Source: Bacillota bacterium
GTDB lineage: Bacteria > Bacillota > Clostridia > Christensenellales > UBA3700
DNA: 64,000 nt
Direction of reading: 5' to 3'
Assembly (NCBI GenBank): GCA_023396095.1
Contig: JAEWXG010000027.1
Location: 14,121 to 78,120 of the forward strand
Part shown: piece by piece, positions 8,515 to 17,695 of the stretch
Layout of the letters: each line of letters starts with the position of its first letter
How positions within the stretch are numbered: position 1 is the stretch's first letter
Notes under the pieces: model-generated
What the model was told of the DNA's origin: nothing
Databases searched by the model: none
The model's input: only the letters and a program-made list of their open reading frames with translations
Position numbers and translations under genes: made by a program

Positions 8515-9771
8515 TTACCCCCTTAAGTTTACCTCAATATCATCATTAATATTTAAAATTGTCTCACCTTCAACGATAACTCTAACCATCTCTTGTGGTC
8601 TCACTACATTGAATTTCTTTTTTAAAATTTCTTTTCCACCTGATATTAACGTTACATTTGCATTTTTTATTTCTTTAGCGGGGCGGAAATATATTTCCAT
8701 CTTTTCTTTATCTATTTTAACAAACTTTTGAGGTAATAAAAATTTAACATTTTCACCTTGTATAATATTATATGATTTCATATTATTAAGTTTCCCGTCA
8801 AGATATAATTTTGCTCCCTTTGCTGCAATCTCCCCTGTTATAGAGACATAATCAACCAAATCAAATACTGAGGTAACATTCCCAGCTGCAAAAATTCCAT
8901 TGGTTTGCGTCATCATCAAATTATTTAGAATTGGTCCTTTAGTTTCTTTGCATATCGACACTCCAGCTTTTACTGACAATTCATTTTCTGGAATAAGCCC
9001 CACTGATAAAACTAAAAGATCACAAGGTATATACCTTTCAGTTCCTTCTATTAAATTCCTATTCTCATCAACCTGCTGAATTGTAACACCTTCAATTTTT
9101 GTATTGCCATAAATATTTGTGACAGTTGTTGATAAATATAGCGGAATATCATAATCATTTAAACATTGATGAATATTACGTTGTAAACCACCAGGACGAC
9201 TCATAACTTCATATACGCCCTCAACTTCTACCCCTTCTAAAACCATACGCCTTGCCATGATAAGACCAATATCGCCGGAGCCTAAAATAACGGCCTTCTT
9301 CCCAGGTAAATATCCCTCAATATTAATATACCTTTGAACGGCACCAGCTGTTAAAATCCCTTGTGGTCTTGTTCCATATATAAATACTTGATTCCTTGTT
9401 CTCTCTCTACATCCCATTGCAAAAATAATACTTCTTGCCTTCAATTCAAACACACCATCTTTTGAATTAATTGCCACTATTTTTTTATCCTGGGAAACAT
9501 CAATAACCATAGTATTTAATTTAACTTCGACATCTGTTTTCATTAATTCATCGATGAATTTTTGAGCATAAGTTGGTCCTGATAATTGTTCTTTAAATCT
9601 ATGCAATCCAAACCCATCATGAATACACTGCTTTAATATACCGCCAAGCTCATTGTCTCTTTCCAAGATAATAATTTTTTCAATCCCTAATTTCTTTGCT
9701 TCAAGTGCAGCTGCAAGCCCCGCTGGTCCAGCGCCAATTATTGCAAGATCAACAAGTTTTTCTTTATTCAT
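8515..9771 (-). CDS. NAD(P)/FAD-dependent (pyridine nucleotide-disulfide type) oxidoreductase, NOX-like subunit
   Basis: Start placed at ATG 9771, which has an AGGAGG RBS and overlaps the upstream stop. Dinucleotide motifs DLAIIGAGPAGLAAA and AVILGSGDIGLIMA. Confidence 0.85.
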   Translation of the reverse strand: MNKEKLVDLAIIGAGPAGLAAALEAKKLGIEKIIILERDNELGGILKQCIHDGFGLHRFKEQLSGPTYAQKFIDELMKTDVEVKLNTMVIDVSQDKKIVAINSKDGVFELKARSIIFAMGCRERTRNQVFIYGTRPQGILTAGAVQRYINIEGYLPGKKAVILGSGDIGLIMARRMVLEGVEVEGVYEVMSRPGGLQRNIHQCLNDYDIPLYLSTTVTNIYGNTKIEGVTIQQVDENRNLIEGTERYIPCDLLVLSVGLIPENELSVKAGVSICKETKGPILNNLMMTQTNGIFAAGNVTSVFDLVDYVSITGEIAAKGAKLYLDGKLNNMKSYNIIQGENVKFLLPQKFVKIDKEKMEIYFRPAKEIKNANVTLISGGKEILKKKFNVVRPQEMVRVIVEGETILNINDDIEVNLRG

Positions 9772-11503
9772 GTTTTTCTCCTCCTTGTCTAGTCTTTGCA
9801 ATCAAAACGCGATCTTTTCCTTTTTGACTAATTTCAAGAGGTGATACATTAAGTTCACGCGCCATAATTTCAATAATTCTAGGTCCGCAAAATCCTCCCT
9901 GACATCTACCTGCAGTAACTCTAATTCTTCTTTTTAATCCTTCAATAGTTGTACAAGGTATAGACCTATGCATTGCAGCAACAATTTCACCTTCAGTGAT
10001 TGTTTCACACCTACAAACAACATTTCCATATCGTGGATCACCTTTAATTAATCTATCTTTTTCCTCATTCGATAACTCATTAAATATAATCGGCTTCTTT
10101 CTATACGGATTAAAATTTGGATTTTCTTGATATGAGATTCCATCCCTTTTAAAACTTTTTTCAACAAGTTCTTTGACATATTCGGCAATTGCAGGAGCCG
10201 ACGCAATTCCTGGCGACTGTATTCCTGCACAATGAATAAATCCTTTAACCTTTTTTGATTCTTCAATAACAAAATCTTCATTATATGTTGCAGCTCTCAA
10301 TCCAGCAAAATATGCTATTACGTCGCCTCTAGCAGTATTCTGATACGATTGATGCCCGACTCTATACGCATAATCAAAATCTTCTGGATGAACTGATAAA
10401 TCATCTCTAGACTCTACTTCCCTCGCAGATGGTCCAAATAAAGCATTACCAGCAACAGTTTTTTCAGCGCATCCTCCTTTTGAATGTTTATTTTTTCCTT
10501 TTACAACACCCAACGAACCATAACATATAGGATCAACAGGTACATTTTTATCTAAAATTGCAATAACTCCCTTTCTTGGATGAATAGTATAAAATCTGTC
10601 ATCTGCATATTCTGCTATGTAATCTGCATATAAACCAGCAGCGTTTATAATTAATTTAGTTTGTATAACTCCATTATTTGTAACAACCGCCTTCACTCTT
10701 TCATCTTTATCAATCCCTATCACTTCATGATTTAATAAAAACTTAACACCATTATCTGCAGCATTTTCAGCAGCAGCAATACAAACTTCAAATGGATCAA
10801 CATAACCACTTGTTCTTGTCAAAACTGCAATCTTAGCACCATCTGGACAACTTGGAATATGTTTTTTTATTGACTTTCCTATGTACAATTTATGATCTGG
10901 AACCTTGTTAACCTTACAAGCAAGCCAAGCTAAAAATATGTTTAATAAACTTCCACCTTTTTCATAATATGCAACACTACCTGGCCTCACAAACTTAAAT
11001 CCTAATTCTTCTGCAAATTGAGTGTATAAGAAATTTCCTCTTAAATTCATTTTAACCTTTACAGTATTAGGATATACTCCGTTCCCTGGATGAATCATTC
11101 CATTATTTGCTTTTGAAGTACCACAAGATACATCAGCCTCTTTTTCAACAAGAATAATTTTTAAATTAAGTTTAGAGAGCTCTCGCGCAATTGAGGAACC
11201 GATTATTCCACCACCAATGATAACAACATCTGCAATATCTATAATCCCCTTACTTCTTGCTTGTTCAATTGCTTTAGTATCTTTAACTAATGGCTTATTT
11301 AGGCTTTTACCATTTACAGTAATATCATTCACTAAATTTTTAAGTTTATACTTTTTTACAACTTTGAGACCTAATTCTACAACATCTTCCCAGTTTGACA
11401 AAGTTCCAGTTAAATAACCTATTTCATCTTTGATTTCAAGATTAATAGATGAAATATTAATTCCCATTTCCTTCCCTATTTTCAATAATTTCCCTTTGTC
11501 CAT
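9764..11503 (-). CDS. FAD-dependent oxidoreductase, GlpA/glycerol-3-phosphate dehydrogenase-like, with BFD-like [2Fe-2S] C-terminus and a BON-like N-terminal extension
   Basis: Start placed at ATG 11503 (RBS GAGGGG). The track start at 11608 has no RBS. Contains GxGxxG (VVIIGGGIIGSSIA) and a C-terminal CRCETITEGEI...AGRCQGGFCGP. About 100 aa lie before the FAD motif. Confidence 0.8.
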   Translation of the reverse strand: MDKGKLLKIGKEMGINISSINLEIKDEIGYLTGTLSNWEDVVELGLKVVKKYKLKNLVNDITVNGKSLNKPLVKDTKAIEQARSKGIIDIADVVIIGGGIIGSSIARELSKLNLKIILVEKEADVSCGTSKANNGMIHPGNGVYPNTVKVKMNLRGNFLYTQFAEELGFKFVRPGSVAYYEKGGSLLNIFLAWLACKVNKVPDHKLYIGKSIKKHIPSCPDGAKIAVLTRTSGYVDPFEVCIAAAENAADNGVKFLLNHEVIGIDKDERVKAVVTNNGVIQTKLIINAAGLYADYIAEYADDRFYTIHPRKGVIAILDKNVPVDPICYGSLGVVKGKNKHSKGGCAEKTVAGNALFGPSAREVESRDDLSVHPEDFDYAYRVGHQSYQNTARGDVIAYFAGLRAATYNEDFVIEESKKVKGFIHCAGIQSPGIASAPAIAEYVKELVEKSFKRDGISYQENPNFNPYRKKPIIFNELSNEEKDRLIKGDPRYGNVVCRCETITEGEIVAAMHRSIPCTTIEGLKRRIRVTAGRCQGGFCGPRIIEIMARELNVSPLEISQKGKDRVLIAKTRQGGEKHE

Positions 11504-11658
11504 TTTCCCCTCAATTGAATGTTCAAAAAATTGTACATTCACAATCATGATATTAACACACAAAAAATTTTTTTCAAGATGAAATAGTAAGAAATAGTTG
11601 ATTGCCAAAATTTTGTCAATAGTATACTACCATTTATTATATTTTTAGCCTTAATTTA

Positions 11659-11692
11659 TAATAAAAATAATGGGATTTTAATGCCCATTATT
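11659..11692 (-). terminator. Rho-independent terminator after the dUTPase-like gene
   Basis: The minus strand reads AATAATGGG, loop, CCCATTATT, followed by TTTTTATT. Confidence 0.6.
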
Positions 11693-11744
11693 AATTATCA
11701 TCGTAAATTAACTTTTATTTTTATAAAAAGATTGCAACAAAAAT

Positions 11745-12107
11745 TTATTTTTTTACTTCATAACCTTCTTTATTTGATTTACCATCCTGCCTTTCAATAT
11801 TCTCCTTATTTTTCGACAGATATATATTAAAGACTTCTTCAGCATTCATTCCAACTTTTAAGCACATGCTAACAAAAAAATGCAAAACGTCTATTATCTC
11901 TTCTTTCAAATTAGACATATTAATTTCTTTTGGATTCTTCCACCACTTCCAATTTATTTCACCTAATATTTCATTTAGTTCAGACATAATAGCTAATATC
12001 TCTTTTTGAACCCATTCACTCATATTAATATCTTTTAAATTTCTTTCATTTATAATTTTCGAATCCAATGCATTTTGCATCTCAAAAATTTTTTCTAATT
12101 TATCCAT
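11745..12107 (-). CDS. Dimeric (all-alpha) dUTPase family protein
   Basis: 120 aa with WVQKEILAIMSELNEILGEINWKWWK and EEIIDVLHFFVS, typical of the dUTPase_2 / YncF-like family. Confidence 0.7.
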   Translation of the reverse strand: MDKLEKIFEMQNALDSKIINERNLKDINMSEWVQKEILAIMSELNEILGEINWKWWKNPKEINMSNLKEEIIDVLHFFVSMCLKVGMNAEEVFNIYLSKNKENIERQDGKSNKEGYEVKK

Positions 12108-12108
12108 T

Positions 12109-13398
12109 TTACCTCACAATATTATATAAATCACTAATTACAAATAACTCACTTTTTTTACCAACAAAACTAATTTTTGCAGTATTAGCAAGGAAAATTT
12201 TATTTTTATATGAGCCTATATCTTCATACGAAAGGCGTTCACACTCTAAAATTATATCATCCAAACTAACTTCTTCATTAGAAATGATTAATTCCTTAAC
12301 AAAACTATTACTCATTTTAATTAAAGAATCTTTGGATGATTTTAAAAGATTAATCATTCTTATTTTTGCATTATAGAATTCTTTTTTTGATATACCTTTT
12401 TCTGCTAATTTTAAAACTTCTTTATTAACTAATTTTAATGTTTTTATTTCATTAGAATTATCACAAGAAAACACTATATATCTCTTTTGTTCTTCCTTTG
12501 CACCACTCAAATATGAATTAATTGAATAAACTAAACCATTTTTTTCTCTAATAGTAGTAAAAAGCCTAGAACTCATGCCTTGAGAAAAAATTAAATCATA
12601 TAGTGACAATATGGTCTTCTCCTTCAAATTCTTTGGAGAATATGTATCATATGAAATATACGTAGTAGATTCTTCACTATCATTAATATGCTCAACATAA
12701 TTATCTTGCGAATAATTATCTAAATCTGTGACGTACTCATAATTATTTACATTAGAAACATCAATTTTCCCTTTAAAAAATGTATCGAAAATTGATTTTG
12801 CTTTACTTTCAGAAATATGCCCTGTGATAGATAAAAATGTATTATTGCTAGTGTACATTTTCTTTTTAAATTCTATTAAATCATTCCTAGTCAACGACTT
12901 TATTGTATCTTCAAACCCGATGATTGGAATTGCTCTTCTTGACTTACCATATGCAATTCTTTCTAAATTATCAGCAGCAATATCATCATCGTCTGTTTTT
13001 GACGCCTGTAGCTCACTTAAAATTACTCCCTTTTCTAATTCAAATTCTTTTTCCGGAAATTTTGCATTAAAAAACATATCTGAAAAAAGTTCAGCACATT
13101 TTTTAATATATTTTTCTGTTGTAATTGCATAATATGCAGTAATATCGCGGGAAGTAAAAGCATTAAAACTTACACTATACAAATCTAATAACTCATTAAG
13201 CTTAATATTATTGTATTTATCACTTCCTTTAAACATCATATGTTCTATAACATGCGATATCCCAGCATTTTCGTCTCTTTCAAAAACACTGCCACACCTA
13301 ACATAAATAGCTATAGCTGTAGTGCTAACCCCATAATTTTTTTCATATAATAAAGTAATATCATTTTTATTTTTAAAAACTTTCAAATCATGCCTCAC
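12109..13398 (-). CDS. M16 (pitrilysin/insulinase) family zinc peptidase
   Basis: 429 aa with the inverted zinc motif HVIEHMMFKGS (HxxEH). The position downstream of pnp matches MlpA/YmxG synteny in Firmicutes. Confidence 0.85.
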   Translation of the reverse strand: MRHDLKVFKNKNDITLLYEKNYGVSTTAIAIYVRCGSVFERDENAGISHVIEHMMFKGSDKYNNIKLNELLDLYSVSFNAFTSRDITAYYAITTEKYIKKCAELFSDMFFNAKFPEKEFELEKGVILSELQASKTDDDDIAADNLERIAYGKSRRAIPIIGFEDTIKSLTRNDLIEFKKKMYTSNNTFLSITGHISESKAKSIFDTFFKGKIDVSNVNNYEYVTDLDNYSQDNYVEHINDSEESTTYISYDTYSPKNLKEKTILSLYDLIFSQGMSSRLFTTIREKNGLVYSINSYLSGAKEEQKRYIVFSCDNSNEIKTLKLVNKEVLKLAEKGISKKEFYNAKIRMINLLKSSKDSLIKMSNSFVKELIISNEEVSLDDIILECERLSYEDIGSYKNKIFLANTAKISFVGKKSELFVISDLYNIVR

Positions 13399-13399
13399 T

Positions 13400-14929
13400 T
13401 TACGCTTTTTTCTTCTTAATTGCCTTGAAGGTAATTCTTAGAGCTATCAGCAATATTATAGCTCCAAAAATTAGACCTATTTCTAATTTTATTTTCTTCA
13501 TTGGGTTCATCATTTTAGGATTTGGCGTGTTTAAATAAACATCTTCCACTTTACCAGTTTTTACACTGTTGTATTCAGATAATCCATCACCTTCTCCTAT
13601 TCTTGCCAATTTCTTTTGATATAAATTTATTGCATTTTCACCTTGTTCACCTGTTAACAAAATTACTGACGAACCTCTTTGAAATGTTCTTTTTGCAATT
13701 GATGGGTAAGCTTGATAATCCATCGATTTCCCATATGTTAATCTAATCCCGTCTAATTCAACAGAAAAATTATTATCGTGGTCGTGCCCACAAAAAACAA
13801 ATTTTGTACTTTTCATATCAAGCATTGCTTTCCAAATAGGACCATTAATTGAAGATGAACTAACCAAAACATTGTTCTCACCTTTTCTTGTATATTCTTG
13901 CATATCTCCACCAAAATATCTAACATTGCTACTTAGTGGATTATTAATATCTTTATCGGTTTTTTGTTTACTATTAGCAATGACTGCAAGCCACGCCTCT
14001 CTATATTGTTTTAAAGGGATATGAATATATAGTGATGAAGTAACTGGTGAACCTAAAGTATATCCGTTATCTAAAGATAATTTTTTTATCGTTTCCTTGT
14101 ACCAATTTGCTTGATCTTCGTGTATATAGTCATATTTAAACAAAGGTGGTCCTTCAGATTCCTTATTATATTTATTTGAATCCATCATCATAATTACGTG
14201 TTTCAATTCATCTGTGTTTTTATCTCGAATTAAAATTGGGTAATTTCCTTGTGGAATCTCTCCTACTGTCTTTTTAAACTCAGGTCCTTTTTGGAACAAA
14301 CAAAATTTATCTTTGCCGTTATATGAATTTTCTTCAAGAATTTTTGAAATTTCGTTTTTCGACCCAACAGCATACGCTTCCGTATCGTGATTGCCATAAA
14401 TAAACGCCCAAGGAATTTTAAAAGAATTCATTAACGATGCAAAATTTTTTATTGATTTTTTATTATTAATACTTCCAGAAGTATATGGCACTGGATATAC
14501 GGCATCGCCTGTAATAATAATTAAGTCTGGACGACTCCACTCTATCATTTTCTGAATGCCAACTATTGTTTTTTTATCGTTATTAATTGAAAAAATACCA
14601 CCACCAAAGTGAATATCTGTAAGTTGCAACACTTTTAAATATGAATCATGTGCTATATCTGAATCTTCACCAATCTTTCCTGAATATTTGTCTGCTTTAA
14701 TATTCCAATACCCATTTGAATCTTTCTCAACTAGTATTTTAGTTGCGGCCAATGCTTCTCTCTCTGAACTCACCTTAACTATATTTTCGGTTCCTTTAAA
14801 AGCAATTGATGTCCCAGTCAAAAAAATTATTATAAATCCAATAACAATTGTGAAAACTATAATAAATTTAATAAGCGCCTTTTCTTTCTTACTTTTACAA
14901 ACTTCTTTTGTCGCTTCTTTTCTATTCAT
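13400..14929 (-). CDS. Membrane-anchored metallophosphoesterase (calcineurin-like), paralog A
   Basis: 509 aa with an N-terminal TM helix, motifs LTDIHFG, GDAVYP, GNHD and GHDHDNNF, and a C-terminal TM helix. Clear paralog of 34223..35677. Confidence 0.8.
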   Translation of the reverse strand: MNRKEATKEVCKSKKEKALIKFIIVFTIVIGFIIIFLTGTSIAFKGTENIVKVSSEREALAATKILVEKDSNGYWNIKADKYSGKIGEDSDIAHDSYLKVLQLTDIHFGGGIFSINNDKKTIVGIQKMIEWSRPDLIIITGDAVYPVPYTSGSINNKKSIKNFASLMNSFKIPWAFIYGNHDTEAYAVGSKNEISKILEENSYNGKDKFCLFQKGPEFKKTVGEIPQGNYPILIRDKNTDELKHVIMMMDSNKYNKESEGPPLFKYDYIHEDQANWYKETIKKLSLDNGYTLGSPVTSSLYIHIPLKQYREAWLAVIANSKQKTDKDINNPLSSNVRYFGGDMQEYTRKGENNVLVSSSSINGPIWKAMLDMKSTKFVFCGHDHDNNFSVELDGIRLTYGKSMDYQAYPSIAKRTFQRGSSVILLTGEQGENAINLYQKKLARIGEGDGLSEYNSVKTGKVEDVYLNTPNPKMMNPMKKIKLEIGLIFGAIILLIALRITFKAIKKKKA

Positions 14930-15048
14930 ATTCCCACCTTAATATTTAAAATTGCTCTTTAATTTTACAATATTATAATATTAAAAACAATAAAACATTT
15001 TAATAATTAATGACTCTTTCTTGTTAAAAAATACACAAAAAAAACATT

Positions 15049-15087
15049 AAAAAAGGTTCCAGTCAATTTTTCCCAGGAACCTTTTTT
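15049..15087 (-). terminator. Terminator hairpin after pnp
   Basis: AAAAGGTTCC, 15-nt loop, GGAACCTTTT, with T runs on both strands. Confidence 0.5.
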
Positions 15088-15111
15088 CATCTAATTGTTC
15101 TAAATTAATCT

Positions 15112-17205
15112 TTAAAGTTTTTCAATTAGCCTTAAATCAATTTTACCAAGTTCAGTTTTAATTACCTCAACTTTTACTTTATCTCCAACCTTTACAACAT
15201 CTTCAACCTTTTCGACTCTTTCTTTTGACAATTTTGAAATATGGATCATACCATCACGAACTAATGATAAACTTACAAAAGCTCCAAAATCAGCAATTTT
15301 ATTTACCTCACCCTCTAAAATATCGCCTCTCTTATATGTTCTCACTATTGCTTCAACCATAGCTTTTGCCTGTTGAACATTTTCAAGGTTTTGATGAGAT
15401 ATAAACACTCTACCAAAATCGTCAATATCAATTTGAACACCTGTTGCATCAATAATCTTAGTAATAGTTTTACCACTTGACCCAATAACTTCACCTATTT
15501 TCTCAGGATCAATTGTAAATGAAATGATCTTTGGAGCATAAGCAGAAAGTTCTTTTCTTGGTTCTGGTAAAACAGCTAACATTTTATCAAGTATTTCTAA
15601 TCTTCCAACTCTTGCTTGTTCTAATGCACGAGTTAAAATTTGTTTATCAATACCTTTTATTTTAATATCCATTTGGATTGCTGTGATTCCATCTTTTGTT
15701 CCAGCAACTTTAAAGTCCATATCACCTAGGAAATCTTCTAATCCTTGTATATCCGTTAAAATAGCTACATTAGATTTATCTTCATTGCTAATTAATCCCA
15801 TCGCAACACCAGCAACTGGAGCCTTTAACGGCACACCAGCATCCATCAATGCTAAAGTTGAACCACAAACACTCGCTTGAGATGTTGAACCATTAGAACT
15901 TAATACTTCTGAAACTGTTCTAATAGCATATGGGAAATCAATCTCAGATGGCAAAACTGGTATTAAAGCTCTTTCAGCTAAAGCGCCATGTCCTATCTCT
16001 CTTCTTCCTGGAGATTTTATTGGTTTCGCTTCACCTGTTGAATACCCCGGGAAATTATAATGATGGATATATCTCTTGAAAACTTCATCATCCAATCCTT
16101 CAAGTTTTTGCACTTCAGAAATCATTCCAAGTGTAGCTGTAGTCATAACTTGTGTTTGTCCTCTTGTAAATACAGCACTACCGTGTACTCTTGGCAATAA
16201 ATGAGATTCACACCAGATTGGTCTAATTTCTGTTAATTTTCTTCCATCAGGTCTAACACCCTGTTCAAGGATTTTTGCTCTTACTTTCTTCTTCTTCATT
16301 GCATAAGTTACTTCTGCAACATCTTTCTTTACATTCTCTCTTTCAGGATATTTATTTAAGAAATATTCCAAAACTTCTTTATCAAATACTTCTTCCTCTC
16401 TTTCTCTTTCTTGTCTATCGAACTCTTCTAAAACTTTGTCTAATTTTTTATCAGCATACTCTATAATCTCTTTTTCAAAAGACTCTTCTGTATGGTATAT
16501 TTCAGGAACAATTTTTTCAACTCCAATCTCTGCTTGAATTTGCTCAATAAATGCTACAATTTTCTTTATTTCTTCATGACCGAATAAGATGGCTTGTATC
16601 ATTTCATCTTCTGTTAATTCGTTAGCCCCTGCTTCAACCATCATTATTGCGTTCTTTGTCCCAGATAATGATAAATGCAATCTTGATCTATCTCTTTGTT
16701 CTTGATTTGGGTTAATAATAAATTCACCATCAACATAGCCAACAACAACCGAACCTGTAGGCCCTGCAAAAGGAATATTAGAAATTGAAAGTGCCACTGA
16801 ACTTCCAATCATAGCATAAACTTCAGGTGGAATATCTGGATCAACTGAAATTGCTGTTGCTATTACAACAACATCGTTGAAAAATCCTTTTGGGAATAAT
16901 GGTCTAATTGGTCTATCAATCAAACGTGAAACCAATATAGCTTTATCACTTGCTCTGCCTTCTCTTTTCTTAAAGCCGCCAGGTATTTTACCCACAGCAT
17001 ACATTTTTTCTTCATAATCAACACCTAGAGGGAAGAAATCTTGTCCTTCTCTTGGAGCTTTTGACATCGTAGCATTTACCATAACAACGGTATCTCCACA
17101 TTGCACAAAACATGCTCCGTTACTTAAACCACAATAATCACCAATAGTAACTATTACTTCTCTCCCGCCAATGTTGGTTTTAAAAACTTTACCTTTTTCC
17201 ATCAC
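15112..17205 (-). CDS. pnp: Polyribonucleotide nucleotidyltransferase (PNPase)
   Basis: 697 aa with two RNase PH domains, then KH and S1 domains. Unmistakable PNPase sequence downstream of rpsO. Confidence 0.97.
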   Translation of the reverse strand: MMEKGKVFKTNIGGREVIVTIGDYCGLSNGACFVQCGDTVVMVNATMSKAPREGQDFFPLGVDYEEKMYAVGKIPGGFKKREGRASDKAILVSRLIDRPIRPLFPKGFFNDVVVIATAISVDPDIPPEVYAMIGSSVALSISNIPFAGPTGSVVVGYVDGEFIINPNQEQRDRSRLHLSLSGTKNAIMMVEAGANELTEDEMIQAILFGHEEIKKIVAFIEQIQAEIGVEKIVPEIYHTEESFEKEIIEYADKKLDKVLEEFDRQEREREEEVFDKEVLEYFLNKYPERENVKKDVAEVTYAMKKKKVRAKILEQGVRPDGRKLTEIRPIWCESHLLPRVHGSAVFTRGQTQVMTTATLGMISEVQKLEGLDDEVFKRYIHHYNFPGYSTGEAKPIKSPGRREIGHGALAERALIPVLPSEIDFPYAIRTVSEVLSSNGSTSQASVCGSTLALMDAGVPLKAPVAGVAMGLISNEDKSNVAILTDIQGLEDFLGDMDFKVAGTKDGITAIQMDIKIKGIDKQILTRALEQARVGRLEILDKMLAVLPEPRKELSAYAPKIISFTIDPEKIGEVIGSSGKTITKIIDATGVQIDIDDFGRVFISHQNLENVQQAKAMVEAIVRTYKRGDILEGEVNKIADFGAFVSLSLVRDGMIHISKLSKERVEKVEDVVKVGDKVKVEVIKTELGKIDLRLIEKL

Positions 17206-17244
17206 ATTTTCTCCTAAATTTATTCTTCTGCGTTCATACGCACA

Positions 17245-17268
17245 ATAAAAAAGGGGATAATACCCCTA
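17245..17268 (-). terminator. rpsO-pnp intergenic hairpin (terminator/attenuator)
   Basis: The minus strand reads AGGGG, tattat, CCCCT, followed by TTTTTTATT. Confidence 0.55.
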
Positions 17269-17279
17269 TTTTTATTTAA

Positions 17280-17546
17280 TTACTTTCTTAAATCCAATCT
17301 TGCAATAATATCTCTATAACGATCTATATCATTGCTTTTTAGATAATTTAATAAATTTCTTCTCTTACCAACTAAACGCAACAAACCTCTTCTTGAGTGA
17401 AAGTCTTTGCTGTGAGTTGCAAAGTGATCATTTAAATGATTAATTCTTGCAGTTAACAATGCAATTTGTACTTCTGGAGAACCTGTATCTCCCTCATGTT
17501 TTGCAAATTCTCTAATAATTTGCTCTTTTGTTATATTACTATCCAT
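17280..17546 (-). CDS. rpsO: 30S ribosomal protein S15
   Basis: 88 aa with [24 protein letters not shown]...HSRRGLL, the canonical S15 sequence. Confidence 0.97.
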   Translation of the reverse strand: MDSNITKEQIIREFAKHEGDTGSPEVQIALLTARINHLNDHFATHSKDFHSRRGLLRLVGKRRNLLNYLKSNDIDRYRDIIARLDLRK

Positions 17547-17637
17547 TCTTTAACCCTCCTTTCTTTGGATAATTAATTTGCCTTAAACAATGTAAAACAT
17601 CGGAGTTTTGTTAAACCTTGTAAAAGGTACAATTGTT

Positions 17638-17666
17638 ATATTACACGAGTATATATATATATGCAA
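17638..17666 (-). promoter_or_regulatory. Putative rpsO promoter
   Basis: The minus strand reads TTGCAT, a 17-nt spacer, then TAATAT, about 90 nt upstream of the rpsO start. Confidence 0.55.
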
Positions 17667-17695
17667 GCAAAAGTAAAGTGCTACTATTATTAAAT

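Noticed and set aside
10048-10281. Same-strand nested ORFs (10048..10281, 19388..19588, 21312..21500, 29138..29494)
   Set aside because: They are out-of-frame ORFs embedded in longer genes with clear homology (GlpA-like, MBL hydrolase, relA, lipoprotein). They have no RBS and odd composition.
11504-11608. Longer N-termini offered by the ORF track (for example 9764..11608, 27954..29636, 8515..9801, 2241..3278, 61539..62102, 50651..51322, 17696..19165)
   Set aside because: The upstream extensions lack RBSs, overlap the preceding gene or encode non-homologous residues. Internal ATG or GTG codons with good SD sequences give canonical N-termini. The track also treats TTG and GTG as Met.
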